A stretch of DNA of 64,000 nt from positions 52,344,401 to 52,408,400 of the forward strand of contig NC_057728.1 in NCBI RefSeq assembly GCF_004010195.1, written 5' to 3'. A program made the translations under genes and the position numbers. A model generated the notes under the pieces. That model did not search any database and had not been told where the DNA came from. It worked only from the letters and a program-made list of their open reading frames with translations. This DNA is from Chiloscyllium plagiosum. Lineage: Eukaryota. Shown piece by piece: positions 1 to 10,729 of the stretch; within the stretch, counting starts at the first letter, position 1, and each line of letters begins with the position of its first letter.

Positions 1-1628
1 AACAGCAGCTAATTCTTAAGTGTTCAATTTAATCAAGATCAACTCAAAATTCCACCTAAGCTGTAATCAGTACTGGGACAATCATATATCCAGAAACTGG
101 AAATGGAATAGAACCGGTTATTGCTGGATTCTGCCCAATGTTTCTAGTCCAACCATTTTTCATTAGTAATCAGCTATGGATAAATCTGCTAAATTACCAC
201 TTGTGAAGGGAATGTATCTGGGGGAGTTTCCAGGTGACTCCAGGAATATTATTCCTTCTCTTTAAGAGGATCCATAGAGGGCAAAGAGAGTGGGCAGGAG
301 TCTCACTTACAGAGGGGAGCTAACTAACTTGTGCTGCCAAAGAGTCAAGGCTCCCAGTGGAGCTGAAAATCCTCACTGGCCCTTGAACTTCAGTCCAGGA
401 AGGAACTCATGCCTACTTAACAGAGTGGTTAAGGAAACTTTGTCTCTTGAATAGTTAGGGACTTGCAGGGAACAGAAAACTATCTGCCTACCACAACATG
501 CTAACAACCATAACCGTGAAATGAGGCTGATGTTTTTAAAAAGAGTTTTAACGGTTATAGGCGTTGTTGTCTAGGCCAGAACTTGATGCTCATCCTTAAT
601 TACCCTCAAGAAGGTAGGGGTGAGTTGCTTTCTTGAACTGCTGCAGTCCTTAGGATGTAGATACATGGAAGTGCTATGATGATGGTGTTCCAGGACTTAG
701 ACCCCAGTACTGTGTGGATACATTACAATGCTACAATTTAGATGGCCAAAGGTTCTATTTCACTTCATTAATTTAGTGGACTAGCCTCTGATCCACTCTG
801 TTCAGATAAAAATGGTTTTGAGCACCTCTGTCAAATCTCCTCTCAGTCTCTTCTAGTCCAAAGAATTATTCTCATTTCTCTAATCTACCTTCACAACTGA
901 ATTTCCTCAAACTGGAGACATGATTGTGAATCACATCCAGTCAAACCAGTTTGTTTTTTAAACACAAACTTCCCTTCTTCCCCCATTCATTGCTCCTACT
1001 GTTTTACCTGCTCTAAAATGTTATTAAAAATAACTCTTTATCCCCTTTACTGTCTTATTTCAACAAATTTTAAAATTTTAATTTAAAACAAGTTCTGTTG
1101 TATTTGAGACCTGACCCACAACGAAGATAATTCCTCAATCCAAATCCTTCCTCCCTCCTGCAAACTAAAGAACCGAGCCATTCTGTACACCCTGTCCTCA
1201 TCAAAACTTGCCTAAAATACAAGAATTAAATTGGATTACTACGCAAGATCCATGACTGCCAACAATTTGCTTTTTTTTAACCCCCACACATTTTGCTGAA
1301 TGTTCTTACATTTAAGGGATGTCAGACATGGAAAGATCTATGGACCCGTGCAGCTGTGATATCTTTTGCATTACAACATTATCAATGCTCTACCCTAAGC
1401 GATGTAATCTCCTGGAAGAGGTGAAAAAAACTCAGACCAGATGAAGGGGAAGATATATAACTGTAACATAAATATGCCCAAACTTTCAAGATAATACATT
1501 ATACTGTTATCAAATTCTCAGTAAGGTTTGCATTTAGTCCCAGCATTATGCTATCCACCAAGTGACCATCAGTTTGATGTTAGCCTGCAAGGTTTCTACA
1601 CTTTACATATGGGAGATTAAAGTGATAC

Positions 1629-1801
1629 CTTGTGACTACAATGGACTTCCAACTTTTGCTGTCTGCGCCCTCGAGTTGCGGACCCCTACTCTCAGCAAAA
1701 CTTAATCGTTTATTGGTCTCTTCCAACTGCACGCTTAGCTTCTCGTTCATAATCTCCAGGTTGCTTTTAGCAATTCGCAGTTTTTCAGTACAGTCACCTT
1801 C
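1629..1801 (-). CDS. CEP290: CEP290 coding exon (human exon 49 equivalent), opposite orientation to the other exons
   Basis: Minus strand ag|GAAGGT...ACAAG|gt, 173 bp, translates EGDCTEKLRIAKSNLEIMNEKLSVQLEETNKRLSFAESRGPQLEGADSKSWKSIVVT(R), matching the CEP290 C-terminal region. Confidence 0.93.
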
Positions 1802-2008
1802 CTGTCACAGAACAAATATTAAAAAAAAACAAAACCCAACTACATCTCTGGTCAGTTGTGGGTCATCAGAAGTGACTTTTAACACTTTCAAGAGAAAAAT
1901 TATGCAGGGCAATCTAAACTAAAAAAAAGTGCAGACAAGTCAAACAGCAACAGTGGAGAGAGAAACTGAGCACACATAGTTCAATTACCTTTCATTTGCT
2001 GTACATCT

Positions 2009-2789
2009 TGTTGGGGAGATTTCACTGGGGTGTTTAATGTAGGGCTAGGGAGGGTGACACTAGTTCTGCAACAGACACTTCTAGTTCCAGCCCTGAAATG
2101 GTTAACAACAGCCAAGCGAGCTGCTGTTGGCGACTGCATGACTACCTGGCTGGAGCTTGTAAGGGATATGCATAATGTTAATTAAATCTTGGAGCCTGTA
2201 AATACCAGCCAGTATCAATTGCCCATTCGAAACTCGGGATTAATAAAGAAACCGATCGGAATCTGTAACTGTTAGACAAGTGTGAATTGCTCTATCGGAA
2301 CCTGTAACTGTAAAGTGTGAATGGCTCTATTTAAGTCTAAAGTTGATAAGTGTAATTGACAATTTAGTTAAACTAAAACTATTGAAAATGGCTAGCCTGT
2401 CAGACACATAGTAATTCCTTGAAACAATGAACTATTGAATACGGGATCAGAACCGCTCCCGGGGATGGCTGAGCCATTGTCAAGCACAGCAGGAGCTGGA
2501 CAGACACTTCGATGCGGCCAATAGGAGGACGGATCCCCAGCGCGCGCAGATGAATAGACCAATGGGGAAGGCGAACTGACCGCGGACTCCAGGCAGCGCG
2601 AAGCATAATTGTGTCAAGTTTGAACGAGAAGGGAGAACGCCTTCACCAACGAATGCATGCTTGTAGATTCGTTGTACCAGTTAAGATTCTGTGAATAAAC
2701 GGCTGTCTGCGTCTAACCATAGTTGCCAGTGAGAGTCTCCCCCTCCGAAAAAACACGCAAAGACAGGACCCCGCGGGTCCGTCTTAACA
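2009..2789 (+). mobile_element. 5' LTR of endogenous retrovirus-like element
   Basis: TGTT...AACA termini; ~40-bp direct repeat at 2255-2330; two CCAAT boxes (~2518, ~2559); AATAAA at 2694-2699; lies upstream of gag/pro on the same strand. The left boundary is inferred. Confidence 0.7.
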
Positions 2790-4369
2790 CACTACAGGAA
2801 AGTATGCGACTCACGTCAATATCTAAACAGTTACAGGTTACCATAGACAGCTGTTGACACTACAGTACGGTATACTGCTCATGTAATAACTAAACATTTA
2901 AAGAGTACCGCAGATAGCTATTTACACTACAGTAAGGTTTACCGCTCATATCAATGTCTAAACATTTACAGGGTAATTCAGAGAGCTATTTACACGACAG
3001 TAAGGTATGCTGCTCATGTAAAGATCTAAACATTTACAGTGTAACTCAGATAGATATTTACACTGCAGTAAGTTACACACTCGTGTATTAACTAAACATT
3101 TACAATGTAACTCAGAGTGCTATTTACACTACAGAATGTTATACCGCTTATGTCAATATCTGAACTTATTCTGGGTATCTCAGATACCTATTTAAACTAC
3201 AATATGTTATACTGCTCATGTCAATATCTAAACATTTACAGGGTAACTCAGAGATCTATTTACACTACAGTAAATTATACCACTCATGTCAATATTCAAA
3301 ATTTTATCAGGGTAACTCAGATAGATAATTACACTACAGTAAGGTATAATGCTCATGTCAATAACGGAACATTTTCAGTGTAACTCAGAGAGTAATTCAA
3401 AAAACAGTAACGTGTAGTGCTCATGTCATAAGTTAACATGCACCGGATATCTCTGATAGATATTTACACTAAAGTAAGGTATACCGCTCATGTCAATAAA
3501 TAAATATTTACAGGATAACTCAGAGAGATAATTACACTACAGTAAGGTATAATGCTCATGTCAATAACGGAACATTTTCAGTGTAACTCAGAGAGTAATT
3601 CAAAAAACAGTAACGTGTAGTGCTCATGTCATAAGTTAACATGCACCGGATATCTCTGATAGATATTTACACTAAAGTAAGGTATACCGCTCATGTCAAT
3701 AAATAAATATTTACAGGATAACTCAGAGAGATAATTACACTACAGTAAGGTATAATGCTCATGTCAATAACGGAACATTTACAGTGTAACTCAGATAGAT
3801 ATTTACACTGCAGTAAGTTACACACTCGTGTATTAACTAAACATTTACAATGTAACTCAGAGTGCTATTTACACTACAGAATGTTATACCGCTTATGTCA
3901 ATATCTGAACTTATTCTGGGTATCTCAGATACCTATTTAAACTACAATATGTTATACTGCTCATGTCAATATCTAAACATTTACAGGGTAACTCAGAGAT
4001 CTATTTACACTACAGTAAATTATACCACTCATGTCAATATTCAAAATTTTATCAGGGTAACTCAGATAGATAATTACACTACAGTAAGGTATAATGCTCA
4101 TGTCAATAACGGAACATTTTCAGTGTAACTCAGAGAGTAATTCAAAAAACAGTAACGTGTAGTGCTCATGTCATAAGTTAACATGCACCGGATATCTCTG
4201 ATAGATATTTACACTAAAGTAAGGTATACCGCTCATGTCAATAAATAAATATTTACAGGATAACTCAGAGAGATAATTACACTACAGTAAGGTATAATGC
4301 TCATGTCAATAACGGAACATTTTCAGTGTAACTCAGAGAGTAATTCAAAAAACAGTAACGTGTAGTGCT
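2790..4369. repeat. Tandem array of ~23 units of 66-69 bp with higher-order structure
   Basis: Unit ~CACTACAGTAAGGTATACCGCTCATGTCAATATCTAAACATTTACAGGGTAACTCAGAGAGCTATTTA, starting at 2790, 2858, 2925, 2993, 3061...; 203-bp 3-unit repeats; exact 745-bp duplication (identical ORFs at 3117 and 3862). Confidence 0.95.
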
Positions 4370-7245
4370 ATTCACAGTCAGTTACTGCTGGATAGCGTAG
4401 CCCTGCATAAGGAAAAGTTGGACCTGGTGATTGCCCAAGCACCAGAACAAAAGGGAATTATCCTGACAAGATTGAGGGAAACATTTAAAAATCCCACATT
4501 AATGATCAAGATTCTGGACGGTCTCTACAGGTCACCACATTATTCGGCTCTCCAAACAATTGCGCTAGGCAAGTCGCCCGCTGGGTGGGCACCCCCGAGC
4601 ACTGATAGCTCCCGGGGATGGAAAACAAAAATGGTTGTGACCTTTACCCCGCAGTGGCGATACAGACCGGTTTGTTCCCCTAATGGCCCAACTGTTTCGG
4701 ACGGTCTTACCCGGGAGCTAGACTATTTGGCCGCGAATGTTACTTTACCCGCTGATGCATACACTGGCGAGTCCACCTCAGTCCCGAAAACCCCCGACTC
4801 GCGGCCACCAACAGGGGAGATATTGGGGGAGATCAGGACCCAGTTAAGGGAGAATAATACTGCTATGGAAGCTAAAAGAAAGGTCCGTAACCTAGAGAAT
4901 AGTCTCAAGCTGTGGCGGGTTAAGAACTGGTTCCCTAAGGATGATCAACCCTTCTTTACAACAAGCGAATTTGATGCCTTCCAAGCTAAAATCCTAACCT
5001 ACCTGCGGGAGAGGAAAGGGGATACCAAGAAAGGGTTTTTTAATTTAGCCAACTCTTCCACTAAAAGGGAGGATGAAGACGTTTACTTGCGGGAGCTTCT
5101 GATACGCTTCCAAAGCCACTTACCGATTTCACCTATTCACACACCAGTATTGGATGAGCAGGGTCCTGTCCCAGAANNNACACGGGGAGAACGTGCAAAC
5201 TCCACACAGTCAGTCGCCTGAGTCGGGAATTGAACCCGGGTCTCTGGCGCTGCGAGGCAGCAGTGCTAACCACTGTGCCACCGCGCCGCCCACCGTGCCA
5301 CTTCTCCTGTGGCCGTGCCGACCCAAGGTGCCAACCACGAGGGAAGTCCGCCACCTCCTTACACCAGCCCACAGTCAGGATCACCCGCTCCCGGTGCATC
5401 GCCCACGGCCCCGCTTGCGGACACCAGGGCACCACTGTGTCCGCTCCAACCGCGTTGCGAGGGGCCAACCATACAGGCGCCTGTTGTCAAAGTTCTAGGG
5501 GGAAATATCGCGTATGAGGACCCGGTCCGAGACCGTGTAACAGAGCGACTGGAGAGTGTGCTCAATAATCATGAGCAGAAACTAAATTCCCTCACTGAAA
5601 TGGTCGCAGCCGGGACGGGGATGGTAAAGGCAGGGGGCAGTCTGTGTCGGATCGGCCAGCTGGACGGCACCCAACAGAGATGGGAAGTACAGGACGTAGA
5701 GGTACAAGGGGAAGGTTGCTGCCCCATGCTGGGACAGGATGGCTCCCATGCCCCAAAGTTTCCTTCCCTGGGAAGACATGACAAATTGGCTTCAATGAAT
5801 AGCCAGTCCGCCAAGTCTGAACAGGCACCCCGGGGAATTCAAAATTCCTGGCGAGACAGTAGGTCCTTTGCTGCAGAAGGGGACACTTTAATTGTTACGG
5901 GAGCTCGCCTCCAGAGCAAGCTTGTGAAGGGAGGGAGCAAGTATGACTCCCAGCTACATACCACCTCCTCGGAGGACGAGGAGGAGATTATTGGGGATTT
6001 TGATAAGGGGTCCTACACATCACTCCCACGGCCCCACGGCAGCCCAATGCAGGGGACTTTCGCCACTATGCCGCCCGTTCAAGCGCCTCTTCTCGCCACT
6101 AGTATGGGGGTAGAGAAGTACGTCCCCTGGTCACGGACAGACCTAGACGCCCTGGTCAGGAGGCTTCCTCCGATTGCCAACGGGGCGTCTGCCTGGATAG
6201 CGACTTTTGAGAGGGAGACCTGTCATGAGAAACTAGCGCTGGCGGATTTTAGAACCATAATGGTATGCATCCGAGCAGAGGAGGCGCTGATCAGAGCAGA
6301 AAGACTGGCTAGGTGTTCCAGGTCAGATGAAACTGTCTCGTTTGACCTCTACCGAAATTTAATCTGGCGGTCCCTGCGGGACAGCTTCCCCACTACTTTC
6401 TCGCTGGACGCGTTGGGGACCCTCAGACTAAAGGACGGGGAGGACGTACATGAATACCTGGGGAGGGCCTGGGACCTATGGGAGGCTGGGACAGGTGAAA
6501 GGCCAGATAGCTCTCCCTTGGCAATAGCACATTTTCGGAGGCGGGTGACCGAGGGACTCCCTGCACCAGTGCAGAGCAAATTGATTCAATGAAGGAGGAC
6601 ATATGGAGGAAACAGGTACATCACTATCTGAACAGGCACCGTACATCGGAAAAGATGAAAGCCGAAGGGCAGGCCTCCAAGACAACTATACAGATCTTAG
6701 AGCAGTTTGGGAAAATTTTAGAGCAGGTGGGGGCAAAGAGCGCCGTGCGGGAGCTTGTGCCTCCAGCCGCTCAGATGTACAGTTCCCCACAGCCCAATGC
6801 ATGCAAGGCCCTGCCACGTCCCAGCCCTGACAGGGCAGAATATGACGGCCATGATGTGTCAGCCCACGACAGCCAACAGCAGCTATCTTCAGACGCACAG
6901 AGGCGGTTCCGGGGGGGAAGGCAGCGCGATCACTGCTGGACATGTAAGGGAACTGACCATTACTTTCAAAACTGTGACCAGAGGGTGAGGTGTTGGTCCT
7001 GCAATGGGATTGGACATTTCGCCCGTGGGTGTGACAAGGGAAGGGAAGATCGATTCATGACTAAACACTCGGGACTGCGTCCCGGGGAACGGGATAGACG
7101 GGACAGTAATGAGAGACCCGGGGATACGAATAAACGGAGAGGTTGGGTTCAGACCCGGGGCAGGGGAACACAAGGGGTGGTACAGGGTGCACTGATGGAG
7201 CCCGACGAGTACAGCTACTCCCGGTGGTCTGAGGAAGAGTGCTGA
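4370..7245 (+). pseudogene. gag: ERV gag-like polyprotein, interrupted by a SINE (5177-5291) and a frameshift (~6590)
   Basis: ORFs 4418-5176 and 5291-6592 share a frame; PPPY and PTAP motifs; capsid-like region YVPWSRTDLDALVRRLPPIANGASAWI; ORF 6589-7245 has two CX2CX4HX4C knuckles (CWTCKGTDHYFQNC, CWSCNGIGHFARGC). Confidence 0.85.
5180..5291 (-). mobile_element. HE1-like tRNA-derived V-SINE, 5' part, inserted in gag
   Basis: Near-identical to the 5' end of the SINE at 12918; its 3' part is lost at the nnn at 5177-5179. Confidence 0.9.
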
Positions 7246-7808
7246 CGGTGCCCACGAGAATCTTGCAGTCCCCTGGCCCTCAAAGCGACACCCCCAATGG
7301 ACCCCCTATGATTCGAGGAAAGGTGTGTGGGGAGAACTTCCTATTTCTGATTGACACAGGGGCATCTGCCTCCACAATTACTAAATTACCAAGGGGCCTG
7401 ACCCTCTCGGGCAGGATACTGGAGACTGTGGGATTCTCGGGGATGGTCGAGGAACAGCCTTACACCATGCCAGCAACAATAACCATCGGGGAACAAAAGA
7501 TCTCTCTGCCCCTACTCCTGGCCCCAAAGTGTCCAGTTAACCTGCTGGCGAGGGATGCTCTTACCAAGTTAGGGGTCTGCATCCACTGTTCAACTGAGGG
7601 GTTGCGACTCCTCTGGCCTGGGGATCGCTCCCCGGACTTAAGGGGAATGGGACAATTCTTGCTTGCCCCCACTTCAGGGGACTCGCGAGTTACATCTGTA
7701 GACATTTACTGGATTCGGCTGTTGTACGCGTTGGAGGGAAGGGGATTGATGGGGGAGTTTGAAAACTGGCTCCCATCTATTCCAGGCTCCCAGACATACC
7801 TCCCCCCA
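7246..7808 (+). pseudogene. pol: ERV retropepsin-type aspartic protease and start of pol, truncated by the gap
   Basis: FLIDTGASASTI catalytic motif, VGFSG flap, NLLARDALTKLG motif. Confidence 0.92.
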
Positions 7809-8308
7809 NNNNNNNNNNNNNNNNNNNNNNNNNNNNNNNNNNNNNNNNNNNNNNNNNNNNNNNNNNNNNNNNNNNNNNNNNNNNNNNNNNNNNNNNNNNN
7901 NNNNNNNNNNNNNNNNNNNNNNNNNNNNNNNNNNNNNNNNNNNNNNNNNNNNNNNNNNNNNNNNNNNNNNNNNNNNNNNNNNNNNNNNNNNNNNNNNNNN
8001 NNNNNNNNNNNNNNNNNNNNNNNNNNNNNNNNNNNNNNNNNNNNNNNNNNNNNNNNNNNNNNNNNNNNNNNNNNNNNNNNNNNNNNNNNNNNNNNNNNNN
8101 NNNNNNNNNNNNNNNNNNNNNNNNNNNNNNNNNNNNNNNNNNNNNNNNNNNNNNNNNNNNNNNNNNNNNNNNNNNNNNNNNNNNNNNNNNNNNNNNNNNN
8201 NNNNNNNNNNNNNNNNNNNNNNNNNNNNNNNNNNNNNNNNNNNNNNNNNNNNNNNNNNNNNNNNNNNNNNNNNNNNNNNNNNNNNNNNNNNNNNNNNNNN
8301 NNNNNNNN
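7809..8308. other. Assembly gap (500 N)
   Basis: Run of N. Confidence 1.
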
Positions 8309-8733
8309 ATTAAAATAAGTACATCCAACAAATCTACAAAACTTATAAAAAATATATATAGCAAAAACAAAAAATTGCCAAAGGCAGTGATTGGAGGAAT
8401 GTACCCCCATTCAAAGGGGGTACCTACACATTCTACAATCCTACTAACCATCCCAACCACCCTCTCCACTCCTACCAGCTAGGGTCACGCCACGTTCACC
8501 GACCACCTGGTAGAGAATAAAAACACCCAAGAGCAAGGTTAGTATTATCAACAAGCAAACTAAAAATAAACATGTCACCCATACCTTAACATAACTTAGA
8601 AATTAGCAATACTCGGTCCATCCCTGACATAATTTCACACAACTTATTACCAGAAAAGAGACTCCACCAAGTCCATTTTAAAGAAAAGCAAACCTGAACA
8701 GCTCTGTCCTCTATGCCTATTCAGCCGTTCAAC

Positions 8734-9558
8734 TTAAGTCAGCACATCCACAAAGTTCTTTGCTTTCTCTGGTGAGTCGAACAAATGTATGGATCCATTA
8801 TGACAGATTCGAAGCACTGCTGGATATCTTAAAGAATACTGGATCCCAAGCTCTCTCAATCTCCTCGACGCCATTGTAGGATTTACTTTTCCAGACCACT
8901 GCTGCCGAGAAGTCAATTGTTATCCTTTCCTTCTGAGCCTCCAAACCAAGTCTTGAAAAAACATGACCCTGGAGCCGCCACATACCAACGCCTTCAGGTC
9001 CCTCCCCTGAGCTCTAGAGGCTTCCATGACCCTCTGCTTGTCTTTATAATGATGGAATCTTACCAGGGCAGGGTGTGGGCGCTGATCTGCACCTGTTTTT
9101 TTTGTGCCTCGCTTCCGGCGGGCTCTTTCAATTGTTATCCTTCCCTTCTGAGCCTCTAAACCAAGGAACTTGAGGAACCATTTCTTGAAGATTTCCACCG
9201 GTCGCTCACCTTCTGTCCCTTCGCCAACAACGCGCAGGTTCTTTGTTCTGCCTCTGTTTTCAAGATTGTCTACCAGATCCAACCGGACCTGTGTTTCCAG
9301 GGCTTCAATCCGGCACTTGGAGGAGTCAGTCTCTGCCTCCACCCCTGCAGTCCGGCACTCAAGCTCATCAGTCCTTTTTCCAGTCTTGCAGCATAGCAGA
9401 TCCAGGAGCCAGCTTCTCTTCAATTTTTTCCTGGATCTGCCTCCCCAGGGGCTCACGAGATTTGGCCAGCTCCTCAAACAGGGTCCAATGAGTATGCGTG
9501 CCCGCTGCTCACCCCCCGGGCAAACTTCCATTTGTGAGTGGTAACAGTTTTTTTTCAT
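8734..9558 (-). mobile_element. LINE-1 ORF1 fragment, degenerate
   Basis: LENRGRTKNLRVVG..EG.E, IERARR, RPHPALVRFHHYKDKQRVM, FFQD/FSA, YSLRYPAVLRI..FDSPE are L1 ORF1p motifs. Confidence 0.88.
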
Positions 9559-9913
9559 TATTCAGTCTGCCCAGACCCTCACTGTTTTGAAAACTTTTAC
9601 CAGATCTTCTTGTAGCCCTCAGAAATCCCAACTTTCTCATAACTGAAGTGTCTCATCCTTTGGACTGTTCTCATAAACATCATAGACTCTGAATTTTCTA
9701 CCACTGTCTTTTGAGAAAGAGAGTTCCAGAGACTCTCAAAAAAAATTCTACTCGTCTGTCTTATTTTTAAGCAGTGACTTCCACTTCTAGATTTTTTCCA
9801 AGACAGAACATCCTTTCCACTTCCATACTGTCAAAACCCGTCAGGAACTTAAGTGTTTCTTCACAGCTTATTAATTGCCAGCTTTACTTTGAGCTGTTTT
9901 TGTATTTTAATAT

Positions 9914-10176
9914 GATTAGATTAGATTCCCTACAGTGTGAAAACAGGCCCTTCGGCCCGACAAGTCCACACCAACCCTCCGAAGAGCAACCCACCCAGAC
10001 CCATTCCTCTACATTTACCCCTGACTAATACATCTAACACAATGGCACCCAGAGGAAACTCATGCAGACACAGGGAGAATGTGCAAACTCCACACAGACA
10101 GTTGTCCAAGGCAGGAATTGAACCCAGGTCCCTGGCGCTGTGAGGCAGCAGTGCTAACCACTGAGCCACCGTGCCA
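9914..10176 (-). mobile_element. HE1-like V-SINE with internal deletion
   Basis: tRNA-like head (GGTGGCTCAGTGG / GGTTCAATTCC on minus), (TAATC)n tail. Confidence 0.85.
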
Positions 10177-10257
10177 CTTCCCTATAAGTACAGGGTATCT
10201 TTTTTACATTATAAGTGTTTGTGGTGTTTACCTGTTTGTTGATCAATCTATTTCTAG

Positions 10258-10431
10258 GACATGGCTAGTTTTAAAATTGCTGCATTGCAGAAAGCTTTGG
10301 ATGAAAGTGTACCTATATCAGCCCTGGAACGAGCTAATAAGCAGCACAATGAACTCACAGCTAAGTATAGGGATCTGCTGCAGAAAGACAACCTATTGGT
10401 CCAGAAAACCACTGATCTAGAGCATTTGGAG
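10258..10431 (+). CDS. CEP290: CEP290 exon 26 equivalent
   Basis: ag|...|gt, 174 bp, DMASFKIAALQKALDESVPISALERANKQHNELTAKYRDLLQKDNLLVQKTTDLEHLE. Confidence 0.96.
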
Positions 10432-10658
10432 GTAAGCAAATGTTGTAAATTTAATTAATCAGAACTGAGGTAAGTTATTTTCACTTTTGTTTCTTGAACA
10501 TTAAGGGAAACAATCACTTGATAGTTCAGAACATGAAATTGCTGAAAAGAGAGACATATTGCCAGAGCCTCTCATCAGGACAAATGCAAGAATGCCTAAT
10601 TGCAAACATTTGCAACATGTTAAACAACAGGAGAAAGGGGTGCTGATTGTTTGGCAAG

Positions 10659-10729
10659 AAATTTTTAAAAACTGCCGATGCTGGAATCCAAAGTAGACAA
10701 GCAGGAGGCTGGAAGAAAACAACAAGCCA
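10659..10729. mobile_element. Short Penelope-related insertion with 13-bp TSD
   Basis: ATTGTTTGGCAAG at 10646-10658 and 10730-10742; body shares the ACTGC.GATGCTGGA motif with the other short elements. Confidence 0.65.

Noticed and set aside
2003..2795. Solo LTR interpretation
   Set aside because: The flanks (ACATCT and CACTAC) form no TSD, and gag-pro follows on the same strand.
2560..2815. Faint resemblance to U1 snRNA motifs (GCATAATTGTG; CACTAC..AAA.TATGC)
   Set aside because: The matches are short, discontinuous and in inconsistent orientations, so compatible with chance.
2790..4369. CRISPR-like array or coding repeat (ORFs 3117, 3755, 3862)
   Set aside because: Units are contiguous with no unique spacers, the context is eukaryotic, and the ORFs are by-products of the repeat.
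7706..8469. Long ORFs running through N runs (also 47267-47856)
   Set aside because: Artefacts of translating assembly gaps.
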